Origin: the human T2T-CHM13v2.0 reference genome, Homo sapiens
Reading direction: 5' to 3' (one strand)
DNA: 64,000 nucleotides
Assembly: GCF_009914755.1 (NCBI RefSeq)
Contig: NC_060930.1
Under the pieces are notes generated by a model. That model saw nothing but the letters and a program-made list of their open reading frames with translations, did not search any database and was not told where the DNA came from. A program made the position numbers and the translations under genes. Positions within the stretch are counted from its first letter, which is position 1. Each line of letters begins with the position of its first letter. This document shows, piece after piece, positions 15,427-29,687 of the stretch.

Positions 15427-16557
15427 ATGGACGCTCCCAGGCGGTTTCCGACGCTCGTGCAACTGATGCAGCCAAAAGCAATGCCAGTGGAGGTGCTCGG
15501 TCACCTCCCTAAGCGGTTCTCCTGGTTCCACTCTGAGTTCCTGAAGAATCCGAAGGTAGTTCGCCTTGAGGTTTGGCTGGTGGAAAAGATCTTCGGTGAG
15601 TGGACCAAGAAGGGGCAGCCCCCATGCGGCTTCTTTCTGCCACCCATACCCACACCCCACATATTCTGGCTGCGTTCCAGGGCGATCCTCACCAGTAGCC
15701 AATGCCCTCTGGCTGTCTCCTCCTTCCACCTTCCCCTCCCAAGACCCCCGGGAGCCACCGGTCCCTCACAGCCTCTCTGCTACCCGCGCAGGCCGGGGCG
15801 GAGAACGCATCCCGCACGTCCAGGGTATGTCCCAAATCTTGATTCACGTGAATCGATTGGACCCTAACGGCGAGGCTGAGATCTTGGTATTTGGGAGGCC
15901 TTCTTACCAGGAGGACACAATCAAGATGATCATGAACCTGGCTGACTATCACCGCCAGCTCCAGGCGAAAGGTACGGGGCTGGGAATAGGGCTACCTGGA
16001 GCAAACCCTGGCTCCGTAGGAGTGATCCTGGGGTTTCCTGGCTGCTGGGGCGGCAGTCTCGCCCTCCCAGTCGGCCTGCGGTTGGTGGGTGGGGGAGGGG
16101 GCGGTTCTCGCTGCCACGGATCCAGAAGGCCAAATTGAACCCTCGTTCTGGGATTTCTGGCTCCTACTCCCGCAGGCCGCTTGGGTGACTGTCCTTTTTT
16201 GGAGAGGATATAGAGACACAGCTGTGGCCTCTGCACACTGCTCTTCTTCCAGGCTCAGGAAAGGCCCTCGCCCAGGATGTCGCCACTCAGAAGGCCGAGA
16301 CCCAGCGGTCTTCAATAGAAGTCCGGGAGGCCGGGACGCAGCGTTCGGTGGAGGTCCGGGAGGCCGGGACCCAGCGTTCGGTGGAAGTCCAGGAGGTCGG
16401 GACACAGGGTTCTCCGGTGGAGGTGCAGGAGGCCGGGACCCAGCAGTCTCTCCAGGCTGCCAACAAGTCGGGGACCCAGCGATCCCCCGAAGCTGCCAGC
16501 AAGGCAGTGACCCAGCGGTTTCGCGAGGATGCCCGGGACCCAGTTACTAGATTATGA
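15427..16557 (+). CDS. KHDC3L: KH domain-containing 3-like (ECAT1/C6orf221/FILIA), subcortical maternal complex member, 217 aa; coding exons 15427-15595, 15792-15971, 16253-16557
   Basis: MDAPRRFPTLVQLMQ...EKIFG|RGGERIPH...QAKG|SGKALAQ...DPVTRL-TGA. GT-AG junctions throughout; the exons sum to 169+180+305=654 nt. Confidence 0.98.
16280..16520 (+). repeat. Coding 33-36 bp tandem repeat in KHDC3L exon 3 (EVREAGTQRS-type units)
   Basis: Recurrent GAGGTCCGGGAGGCCGGGACCCAGCGTTCG-like units. Confidence 0.85.
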
Positions 16558-16702
16558 AGGCATCTCAGGCCCTGGAGCCAGAGCCAGTCAGGGGTTAAAG
16601 TGAAAGCCCGTATTTCCGCCCAGAAGCTGGGGTTGGGGAGAGGATGTGGATTTTTTGTTTTACCCTTTCTGTTGCATGGTTGCAAACACAAACTTGAGTT
16701 CT

Positions 16703-16855
16703 AATAAAGAATTGCAAAGTGGAAGCCCGCCCCCCGCCTCCCCCCCGCCTCACTTAAGTCCAGGAAGCTGGGGTGGCGAGGAAGGATGATGTGGATTGTT
16801 TTTGTTTTACACCTTCTGTTGAATGGTTGCCAACACAAACTTGAGTTCTAATAAA
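16703..16855 (+). terminator. KHDC3L polyadenylation signals (AATAAA at 16703-16708 and 16850-16855) within a duplicated module
   Basis: Both hexamers are preceded by the same ACACAAACTTGAGTTCT. Confidence 0.8.
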
Positions 16856-17055
16856 TAATTGCATTTCCCTAACGTCTGTATTTTGGAAGGTAGAGGGGAG
16901 GGAAAGGCGCATTCCTCCAACAGCCCAGTTCTGCCCTGCGCAGCCCTCTACCTCGAGGCAGGTGGGGCCTGTGGTTCCTAGCCGCCCGAGGTGGCCATCT
17001 TCCCCGGCTGTGGTCCGGTGTGCCCCTTGTACTCCTTAACCGCGCGCATCTGGCT

Positions 17056-17464
17056 TTAACAGGTGAGAAGCCTCTCTGGCCCACTAGGAAATCTCTCCAA
17101 GCCCGCTGTCGTTCTACTCAAGGTGACTTGGGATGAGAAAACTGGGTCGCTTGGGGGCCAGCTGGATTTGGAAGGCCCTGGGTGTATTGCTACTCTGTCA
17201 CAGAACACTTTCTCAGCTGGGGAAAATGACATCGGGGAAGGGGGAAACGAAGAGACCCGAGCTGCACTCTTGGGCTGCACTGTTGCAGTCTTCAGGTCTT
17301 GCTTGGGTCACCCACCTTCCACGAAGGTCGTGGACACCAGCAAGATACAGGCATCGGCTACTCTTTCCTCAGTTACTATGGCAGCGAGAAGCCCCAGCAG
17401 AGAACACTTTGGCTTCCCTAGGGTCACAGCTTTGGTCAGGGCGCTGGGATGCAGGTCCCTGAGC
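17056..17464 (-). pseudogene. Putative decayed OOEP-like KH paralog (exon-2-like 17464-17316, exon-3-like 17216-17056)
   Basis: Acceptor ttcgcag|GC TCA GGG ACC TGC ATC CCA; a 3' part resembling the end of OOEP exon 2; donor GAAG|gtgggt; acceptor ttttccccag|CTGAGAAAGTG; AEKV...SDPV versus OOEP AEKM...QDPV. Aligned by eye only. Confidence 0.5.
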
Positions 17465-17515
17465 CTGCGAATTAATCTAGAAGGATGCAAGCCAACAGCT
17501 GGGTGCTAGGATTAA

Positions 17516-17900
<385 letters not shown>

Positions 17901-18942
17901 TAAAAGTTCAAAGCTAACTTTAAATATAAGGTGAATGTCTATCAGACTCTTTTTGTCACCGCTAATTATCACTCCAGTTTAAAATAATCATGTATCTTAC
18001 AATAAGGGAATTACCACATAAAGCTGAATTTACAATAACTTATTAGCAACTTTTAACCGCTAATCATTTTATTAAAATAGTTGACTAATTTTAGAAGAAC
18101 TTTAGAACACTTTAAATTCAAAATCAACACAAAATCAGTTTCAAATGAGGCTACATCAGAGCAGAGCTAAAACTTAATGTGTATGTTGTCTTTCTCTGTG
18201 TAATACCCACCTTACCAGAATGTCAGGTTCTCTCCTTTACAAGCTGTTTTCACTGTCCTTGCCCAAACTCAGTGTTACCAATCTATTTTATGTTCATGTG
18301 TAACTTTTCTACTTTTTCTGATATCTACCCCCATTTTAATTAAGTAGCTTTATAGACTGTTTTAATATTTAAGAGGGCAAGTCTACTCTTTTTTTTTTTT
18401 TTTTTTTTTTTGAGATGGAGTCTCACTCTGTCACCCAGGCTGGAATGCAACGGCATTCCACTGCAACCTCCACCTCCTGGGTTTAAGCAATTCTCCTGCC
18501 TCAGCCTCCCGAGCAGCTGGAATTACAGGCGCCCACCACCACACCTGGCTGATTTTTTTTATTTGTAGTAGAGACTGGGTTTCACTATGTTGGCCAGGCT
18601 GGTCAACACCTGTCTCAGCCTCCCAAAGTGCTGGGAATACAGGCCTGAGCCACCATGTCCGGCCCTCACAACCTTTTCAACTCATATCCAAAATATCTAT
18701 GAACATCTTTCCCGGAACTGACACTTTAAGTTTCACCTATTCATACGGCTGCTTCTTTCTCTAAACACCCAGTAAATGGAAACTCTATATCATGCTGGAA
18801 TTATAGATGCCATCAAGCCAAGCCAGCTGCCCAGCATGGAGGAACAGGAGAGGTTGCCCTATGCCAAGAGTCTTGAGAGTCAAAGATTTCAAATATTGCC
18901 CAAATATAGTCATATTCTGAGGTACTGGGGATTAGGACTTCA

Positions 18943-19384
<442 letters not shown>

Positions 19385-19539
19385 TCACGCCTGTAATACC
19401 AGCACTTTGGGAGGCTGAGGCAGGTGGATCACGAGGTCAGGAAACCGAGACCATCCTGGCTAACATGGTGAAACCCCATCTCTACTAAAAATACAAAAAA
19501 TTAGCTGGGCGTGGTGGCACGCACCTGTAATCCCAGCTA

Positions 19540-20005
<466 letters not shown>

Positions 20006-20109
20006 TCACCAGGAAAGCTGGGCACGGTGGCTCACGCCTGTAATCCCAGCACTTTGGGAGGCTGAGGTGGACGGATCACGAGGTCAGGAGATGGAGACCA
20101 TCCTGGCTA

Positions 20110-20440
<331 letters not shown>

Positions 20441-20849
20441 TTATTGCCAAGGAGTGAATAAATTCCATGAGTCAAACCAATCCAAACTGTGCTTGAACCC
20501 ACAGGGCTTTTGGCACCTTTCGCCCCAAAAATTCTACTTCCAGAAAGTGGGGCGGCAAGGATAGGAGCTGTTTTGCAGAGATTGGTAATTTCAGTACAAC
20601 ACGTAGTGGAAAAACAACCTGGCCCATGCCGGACACCCGTGCAGCCTCGCCTTGTAGAAAAAGGTAGACAGCCGGCTCCAAGGCAGGGCGCCATCCACGA
20701 GCCAAGGTGCCTGGGAACCCTGCTCTTCCGTGGTAAATCGAAAACTACCATTAATGAACGCTGACCGCCCAGGCTTGCTTCTTGCAACGTCATCCTCTGC
20801 CCAATGGATGCCCCACTCCAGGAAAACGCACAGCTGGTGCTCTTCGGGG

Positions 20850-21042
20850 GATCAATTACCAGCTTCAAAGTGAGAGCCTCAGATAAGCTGCTTTAGTAGT
20901 ATGTGTGAGCTCATCAGAAATGAAATTTTAAGCCCCACCCCAACAGTACTGAATCAGAATTCTCTGGAGAAGGAGCCAAGGAAATTGTGTTTTAACAAGC
21001 TCCCAAGGTGATTTCTTACAAGCTTTAAAGTTTGAGGACCAA
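20850..21042. mobile_element. MER5-type DNA transposon
   Basis: GCCCCACCCC...ACTGAATCAGAAT...TGTGTTTTAACAAGCTCCCAAGGTGATT...AAGTTTGAGGACCA. Confidence 0.7.
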
Positions 21043-21266
21043 TTATGTAAAAACAAAACAGATCACCATTTGTGAGGTTATCTGCCCCTGCATATCCGCT
21101 CCCTGTGGGTGAGGGCCTCTCTCTGACCAGAAAATCATAAAAGGATTAGGAGTTTCAAAATGATGGGAATTCAGGAAAAAAAAACAAAAACAAAAACCTA
21201 CAAAACTATCACCTGCCCACCCTTCATATCAAAACATGAGTGGGAGTCAATCTTTTATAAATTTGC

Positions 21267-21323
21267 TTTATTATAAGTGTGTGAAGATCTTAATGCTTTT
21301 GGCAAAATAGCCATTTCTTTATT
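21267..21323 (-). terminator. OOEP polyadenylation signals (two AATAAA)
   Basis: TTTATT at 21267-21272 and 21318-21323. Confidence 0.75.
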
Positions 21324-21481
21324 AGAATAGTTCAAACTCACTCTTGCAACAAAATAAACCACAATCCATCAAGACACAGGAAAAAGGAATACGGGGATTT
21401 AAGAATGCTATACTTGCTTTTCTTCAACTTTAGCAGCAAAAGTTAGAAAGTTAAGATGTTCCCAACAGTAACTATGTTGTC

Positions 21482-22490
21482 TTAAGCAACAGGATCCTGG
21501 GGAGAGTGGGGGTCTGATGCATGGGCCTTCAAGTTCTTCTCAAGGTGTTTCATCTTCTCAGCTGGAAGAGAAGCAGTTGATACTAACCATGGACAGGGAC
21601 AAGTGTTTGCTGTTTCGAACTACTCCGTGACTGGGAGTTGGGGAGGAGAGAAAGATCTGCGATAGTGCTGTAACCCAGGTGAGGCTGACTTGGGCAGTGA
21701 TGGGTCTGAATCTATCAGATCTCTGCTGACTTTCCCAAGGTCCTACCCCAGGATCCCCTCCCAACAAACTTCGTACAGCTAGCTCCCTGGGGTCTGGAAA
21801 CCAAGAAATTTTGAGAAGGTTAAGGGAGGATGGAAGGAAACCGAGCAAGGCCAGTATGGTCACTCGTGGCTTCCTCCACATGCAGGTTCTCAAAGACCCT
21901 CACCTCGGGCACGATGTTCTCGGTGAAACCATGCCAGGCACAGGAGCATGCTCTTCACCCGATTCTGTACACGGGGCCGCCCGAAAACGGTGATTTCGAC
22001 TAGGTTCCCTGAGTCCACTATGTCCACTGTCAGCAGGGCCTGGCTCGTCCACTCCATTTCTGGAATTATGGCTCGGTCTGGGCCTAAACAAGTAAGGAAA
22101 AACTCTGAGGGGCTGCACGGTGGCAGGTTAGAAGCTGGATTTGAAGGGAATGTTGGCCAGGGAAGGGAAGAACTGGAAGGTGGGCATCACTGCAACACTC
22201 CTGGCTTGCGAATCTGGGAAAGAGACTGTAGAGAGCTGCTCTGCCAAGCCTCTCTCAGACTGGAGGTGGACAGCCCACTAGCACACCTGGGGTCGCTCAC
22301 CAAAGAGCTCGTCTGCCAGCCATGCCTCTAGGTAGAACACCAAAGGGTCTCTCAGTTCCTGCACCGGAAACCACCAGGGCCGGATGCGAATCTGTGGCGG
22401 CGGAAGTGGTAACCTACGCAGCTGCTCCAGGGAGTGGGCCGGAGTCTGTTTGCCCCGCTGGGACTCAGCGGCACCAGCATCATCGACCAT
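21482..22490 (-). CDS. OOEP: Oocyte-expressed protein (FLOPED/KHDC2), subcortical maternal complex member, 149 aa; coding exons 22490-22301, 22083-21904, 21561-21482
   Basis: [13 protein letters not shown]...[13 protein letters not shown]...DELFG|[11 protein letters not shown]...EHRARA|EKMKHLEK...QDPVA-TAA. GT-AG junctions; the exons sum to 190+180+80=450 nt. Confidence 0.98.
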
Positions 22491-22499
22491 ACTGGGACC

Positions 22500-22760
22500 A
22501 GCAGCCGCGGAGCGCGCTCGAGGCGGCTTTCGCAAGACCTCTTCCAGACCCAGGCGCGAAGCTCGGGCTCTCTTTTACCATATTCGACCCGCTCCGCCCC
22601 TTCCGGCGGCGCCTCGCACCGCGTCGGGGTGAGCGGGTGCAAGCGACGCCCCGGCATAGCGGCACCATTGGACACTTCCTGCGCTGCTTCAATCGCCGGG
22701 ATTGCCTCTTTGACCTTGAACTAGTATTCATTTGGCCTCCTGTTGGGTCTCCAATGCTCT
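22500..22760 (-). promoter_or_regulatory. OOEP CpG-island promoter
   Basis: CpG-dense; GC box at about 22592-22600, ATTGG at about 22667, CACTTCCTG ETS-like site at about 22673, TGACCTTGA at 22711-22719. Confidence 0.75.
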
Positions 22761-24014
22761 CCTTCGTCATCTCTGCTCGTAAGGTATGCTTAGCCTGAAA
22801 GTCCTCTGCCCACCTTATAGCTGATTAACAGTGTGAGTTTGAATTGACGACTCTATTAATAGACTGGGAATCACCTTTGCTGGCTAGGTTAAGGTTTCAT
22901 CGTTGCCTCCCAAAGATAGGTATATCGGACCCAGGGCAGGCTTGTTCAATGTGTCAGTTTTCTCTGTTCTGCTCCCTGTTGTTATCTTCTGACTCTCCGG
23001 ATGGTTACCATTTTTAAATCATTCAAGCAAGTGTGTCATGTTTTAAACAACACGTCAGAGGTGGTCTTATAGAACATGTAGCAAGTTAGACAATTTTCCT
23101 TTATTTCCAGTATCCTAAGACAACCATTATCGATGGACATTTTTTCCCAATGTTTGTAATTTTAATTAAAAATTTGGATTATGAAAGGTTTCACACATCC
23201 AAAAAAGTAATATAACACGGCCATGTACCCTCCCCGAGTTTAACAGATGTTGACATTTCCCCACATTTGCCTCACTCCTCTGTTTTTAAAACAGATATTA
23301 CTCAAGCATCTTTCCTTTCCTTCTCCAGAGGAAATCATCCTGAAGCTAGTGTGTATATATCATCCCCATGCATGTCCTTACACATTTTCTACTATATTTG
23401 TAGAAATATTGTTTGGTTGTTTCAGAATAGTATCTGCTGAATATACTATTTCGTTCTTACAATTAACTATGTGTTTGTTTTAAAACTTCTATTTTTCTGA
23501 GATAGGTCTCACTCTCTTGCCTAGGCTGGAATGCAGTGGCACGATCTCGGTTCACTGAAGCCTCGACCTCCCAGGCCTAAGCGACCCTCCCATCTCAGCC
23601 TCCTGAGTAGCTGAGACCACAGGCACCTGCCACCACACCCAGCTATTTTCCAGCTCTTTTTGTTGTTGTTGTTGTTTGTCTGTTTGTAGAGACAGGGTCC
23701 CACTATGTTGCCAGGCTGGTTTTGAACTCCTAGGCTCAAGCAGTCCTCTCACTTTGGCCTCCCAAAGTGCTGGGATTACAGGCGTGAGCCACCACAGCCA
23801 GCATAGAAGAAAAAACTCAAAATAGTGAAAAGCATGTTCCAGACTCCACATGATCATCTAGGACTGTGTGGAGGTTCCAGTTTTCTGCCCCTGATCCCAC
23901 CCCCTCTCACCCTCAATGGTTTCTGAGAAAACTTGACTATCAGGTGTGCAGGGCATACTTACAGGAAAACAAGATTTAGCTATGGCTCTGATGCAATAAA
24001 CATTTAAAACCTTA

Positions 24015-24176
<162 letters not shown>

Positions 24177-24449
24177 TCACTCATGCCTGTAATCCCAGCA
24201 CTTTGGGAGGCTGAGGCGGGCAGATCACCTGAGGTCGGGAGTTCGAGACCAGCCTGACCAACATGGAGAAACCTAGTCTGTACTAAAAATACAAAAGATT
24301 AGCCGGACATGGTGGTGCATGCCTATAATCCCAGCTACTCAGGAGGCTGAAGCAGGAGAATCACTTGAACCCAGGAGGCGGAGGTTGTCGTGAGCCAAGA
24401 TCACACCATTGCACTCCAGCCTGGACAACAAGAGCAAAACTCTGTCTCA

Positions 24450-24602
<153 letters not shown>

Positions 24603-25603
24603 CTACAGAGTGAGACTCCATCTCAAAAAACAAACAAAAACCCCTTAACCTAATCAAGGCCAGATATTGTGGCTCGTGCCTGTAATCCCAGCCCTTTAGG
24701 AGGTGGAGGCTAGCAGATCGCTTAAGCCAAGGGGTTTGAGGGTGCAGTGAGCCATGATCACACCACTGCACTCCTGCTTGGGTGACAGAGCGAGACCCTA
24801 AAAATAAACCTAAAAAAATTAAAGCCTTAATCTAATCATGAGACGCACTTACATTACTGTAGACAAAGAATATTTTACCCAGCATGTATAGAATTTTAAC
24901 AGCTTCTTTAGGGGGACTGTGGTGATCTGAGCCACACAGGAATAAGTTAACTTCTCTCAAATTCCACTTCCTGGTGTGGAAAAGATGGCACCCCATTATC
25001 TTGTGGGGATCTTCTGCCATAAACCCCACATAAATCCCCAGCATGCTGGACACCGTGAAGCAGTTAGTCTCAGATACAACTCAGTCTCAGGTGTAGCCCA
25101 ACAGTGGCTAGTTCAGTTATTTCTTCCTCAAGGAAGAAATGATCCTGTGGGATTACTGCTCTCCCCTGAGGAAAGAACCTCCCTGCTCAGTGAGAGGCCA
25201 GAATCTGATTCGCAAGTGTTGGTTTCGCATCTCTCAGCTTTGGGGAGACCGATAGGCCTTTGCACCTGAGCCTGCCAAAACAGGAGGGCTATTGTGCAAG
25301 AAAACCTTTTGGGAGCTCAGTCAGTCACGTGGGCCTCCTTGGAAGCCTGGGGACAAGTGGGCAGTTTTCCCGAGTGCATGGAAGCCAACACCAGAGACTG
25401 AGGTGGAGAGATGCACTGAGCCAACTTGGCTGGGTTAATAGAACACTTTTCCCGCCATCTGGGTTAGCTTCTTGGGGTGCCAGGGATCCTGCAGTGGGCC
25501 TGACGCCAGCCCGAGATCAAAATGGGAAAGCGGCCAGAGCAAACTGACGTTTCACAGAGCTCTTAAGGGCCGGAAGATTCTTTCTCACCTTCTCTTTTTC
25601 TTT

Positions 25604-26051
<448 letters not shown>

Positions 26052-26392
26052 TCACTCTGTCACCCAGGCTAGAGTGCAGTGGCACGATCTCAGCTCACTG
26101 GGTAGCTGAGGCAGGTGCATGCCATCACACCCACTGTAGAGACAGAGGTCTCCCTATGTTGCCCAGGCTGGTCTCGAACTCCTGGGCTCAAGCAGTCCTC
26201 CTGCCTTGGCCTCCCAAAATGTTGGACTACAGGCATGAGCCACTGCAACTGGCCAGGGCCAGAAGATTTTAAGTATGCAATTATTTTTTATTTATTTATT
26301 TATTTAGAGACGGAGTTTTGCTCTTTTGCTCAGGCTGGAGTGCAATGGCGAATCTTGGCTCACTGCAACCTCCGCCTCCTGGGTTCAAGTGA

Positions 26393-26653
<261 letters not shown>

Positions 26654-26669
26654 TGAGGCGGGAGGATCA

Positions 26670-26912
<243 letters not shown>

Positions 26913-27542
26913 TTATGTATTTTTTTAATGGAGGAAAGGGGCTCCATTAAAAGTACCTGGAGTCTATGAAAGTCGTAATGCCTGGCTGCCTTCATCCAGT
27001 GATGTGGAACCCCAGAGGCCCCAGTATGACTAGGCCCTTTCCAGGACCCACTCCCATGTGTTTGCCCAGCTTTCCACTTCTGTGGTACAGAGCCAATCAG
27101 ATCTACAGGACCAAAACTTGAAGCCAATCCCAATCCTACCAGCAACAAATGATGATGGTTGCAGAGATGGTAAAGAAGGCTTAGATTCCAGGCCTGCCCC
27201 CAGCCCTGAAATTGTAGTCAAACACATACTTCTCCTTTCACCTTACCTTCTCTGTATATTTGCCTGTGTGATCATAGTCTGGAGTTTTTTGTTTTTGTTT
27301 TTTGAGATGTGGTTTCACCATATTGTCCAAGCTGGTCTGGAACTCCTAGGCTCCAGCAACCCTCCTGCCTTGGTCTCCCAAAGTGCTGGGATTACGACAT
27401 GAGCCGTGCCCAGCCTAGCCTGGAGTTTTTACTGGAACTATTAAAATATGTCTCCTAATCGTTGTTTTGATTTACTGATGGGGGAAGGGAGACTGATCTC
27501 ATACTTAACTATTTATTTACTTATTTATTTATTTATTTTTGA

Positions 27543-27647
<105 letters not shown>

Positions 27648-28470
27648 TGAGCAGCTGGGATTACAGGCTCCTGCCATCCATTCCTGGCTAATTTTTGTAC
27701 TTTTAGTAGAGACGGGGTTTCGCCATGTTGGCCAGGCTGGTCTCAAACTCCTGACCTCAGGTGATCCACCCACTTCAGCCTCCCAAAGTGCTGGGATTAC
27801 AGGCATGAGCCACCACACCCAGCCAACTCTTCTTTTAAAAAACAGACTTTCTTTGCTGACATACTTGAGTAGCTTTGGTTGTATTTAAGGTGAAGCTGAG
27901 CTTTCTAACCATTTCTAGAATCCCCTCCAAGGCACCTCTTTACTAAGAGAACTAACCTTTTCCCAGCTGAGAGAACAGAAAGTAAAAATTAGATTAGTGA
28001 GCCTAGAGGGATGGCTCAGGCCTGTAATCCCAGCACTGTGGGAGATAGGAGGACTGCCTGAGGCCAGGAGTTGGAGACCAGCCTGGGCAGCATAAGGAGG
28101 CCCTGTTTCTACAAAAAAATTAAAAATTAACCCGGTGTGGTGTCTCATGCCTTGTAGTCCCAACTACTCTGGGAGCTGCAGGCAGGAGGATCCCTTTAGT
28201 CAAGGAGTCAGAGGCTGCAATGAGCTATGATGGCACCATTGCACTCCAGCCTGGACTCTCTTTTCCTTATATATAAAACATATATATGCTTATATATAAT
28301 ATATATAGCTTATATATTATATACAGTATATATTTATATAAAATTAAGTTTTATATAACTATATCCTGAGAGAAAAGAGAAATCTGCCATCATTTATAGC
28401 AGGTTGAGACAGACACAGATAAAACCAGCTGCAAAACTAAATTTCTCCCAAAGACATGCTGCAGCTGTAA

Positions 28471-28716
<246 letters not shown>

Positions 28717-29006
28717 TAATCCACCCACCTCAGCCTCCAAAAGTGTTGTGATTACAGGTGTGAGCCACCGCACCCAGCCGATCTCCCATTTTTGAATGAC
28801 TATTATGTTCTTACTCAGTGAGAAACATTATTCTCTAAAATTACAGACTATCAGAAAATGTACTATTTAAATTTATTTATCAGTAACAATGAAACATCCA
28901 TTCTTGCCTGGAGGATCTAAGTCACTTTATTTATTTTTTAATTTTGTTTTTCTTTTTTCGTTTGTTTTTCTAAGTCACTTTGATACAGAGAAACAGCCTT
29001 AATTGA

Positions 29007-29687
<681 letters not shown>

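Noticed and set aside
15992-16691. Antisense and alternative-frame repetitive ORFs over KHDC3L exon 3
   Set aside because: Shadows of a GC-rich, stop-poor coding repeat.
17063-17509. Plus-strand 148-aa and 109-aa ORFs downstream of KHDC3L
   Set aside because: They lie beyond both KHDC3L poly(A) signals and have no recognisable domain; the splice-like and homology signals here are on the minus strand.
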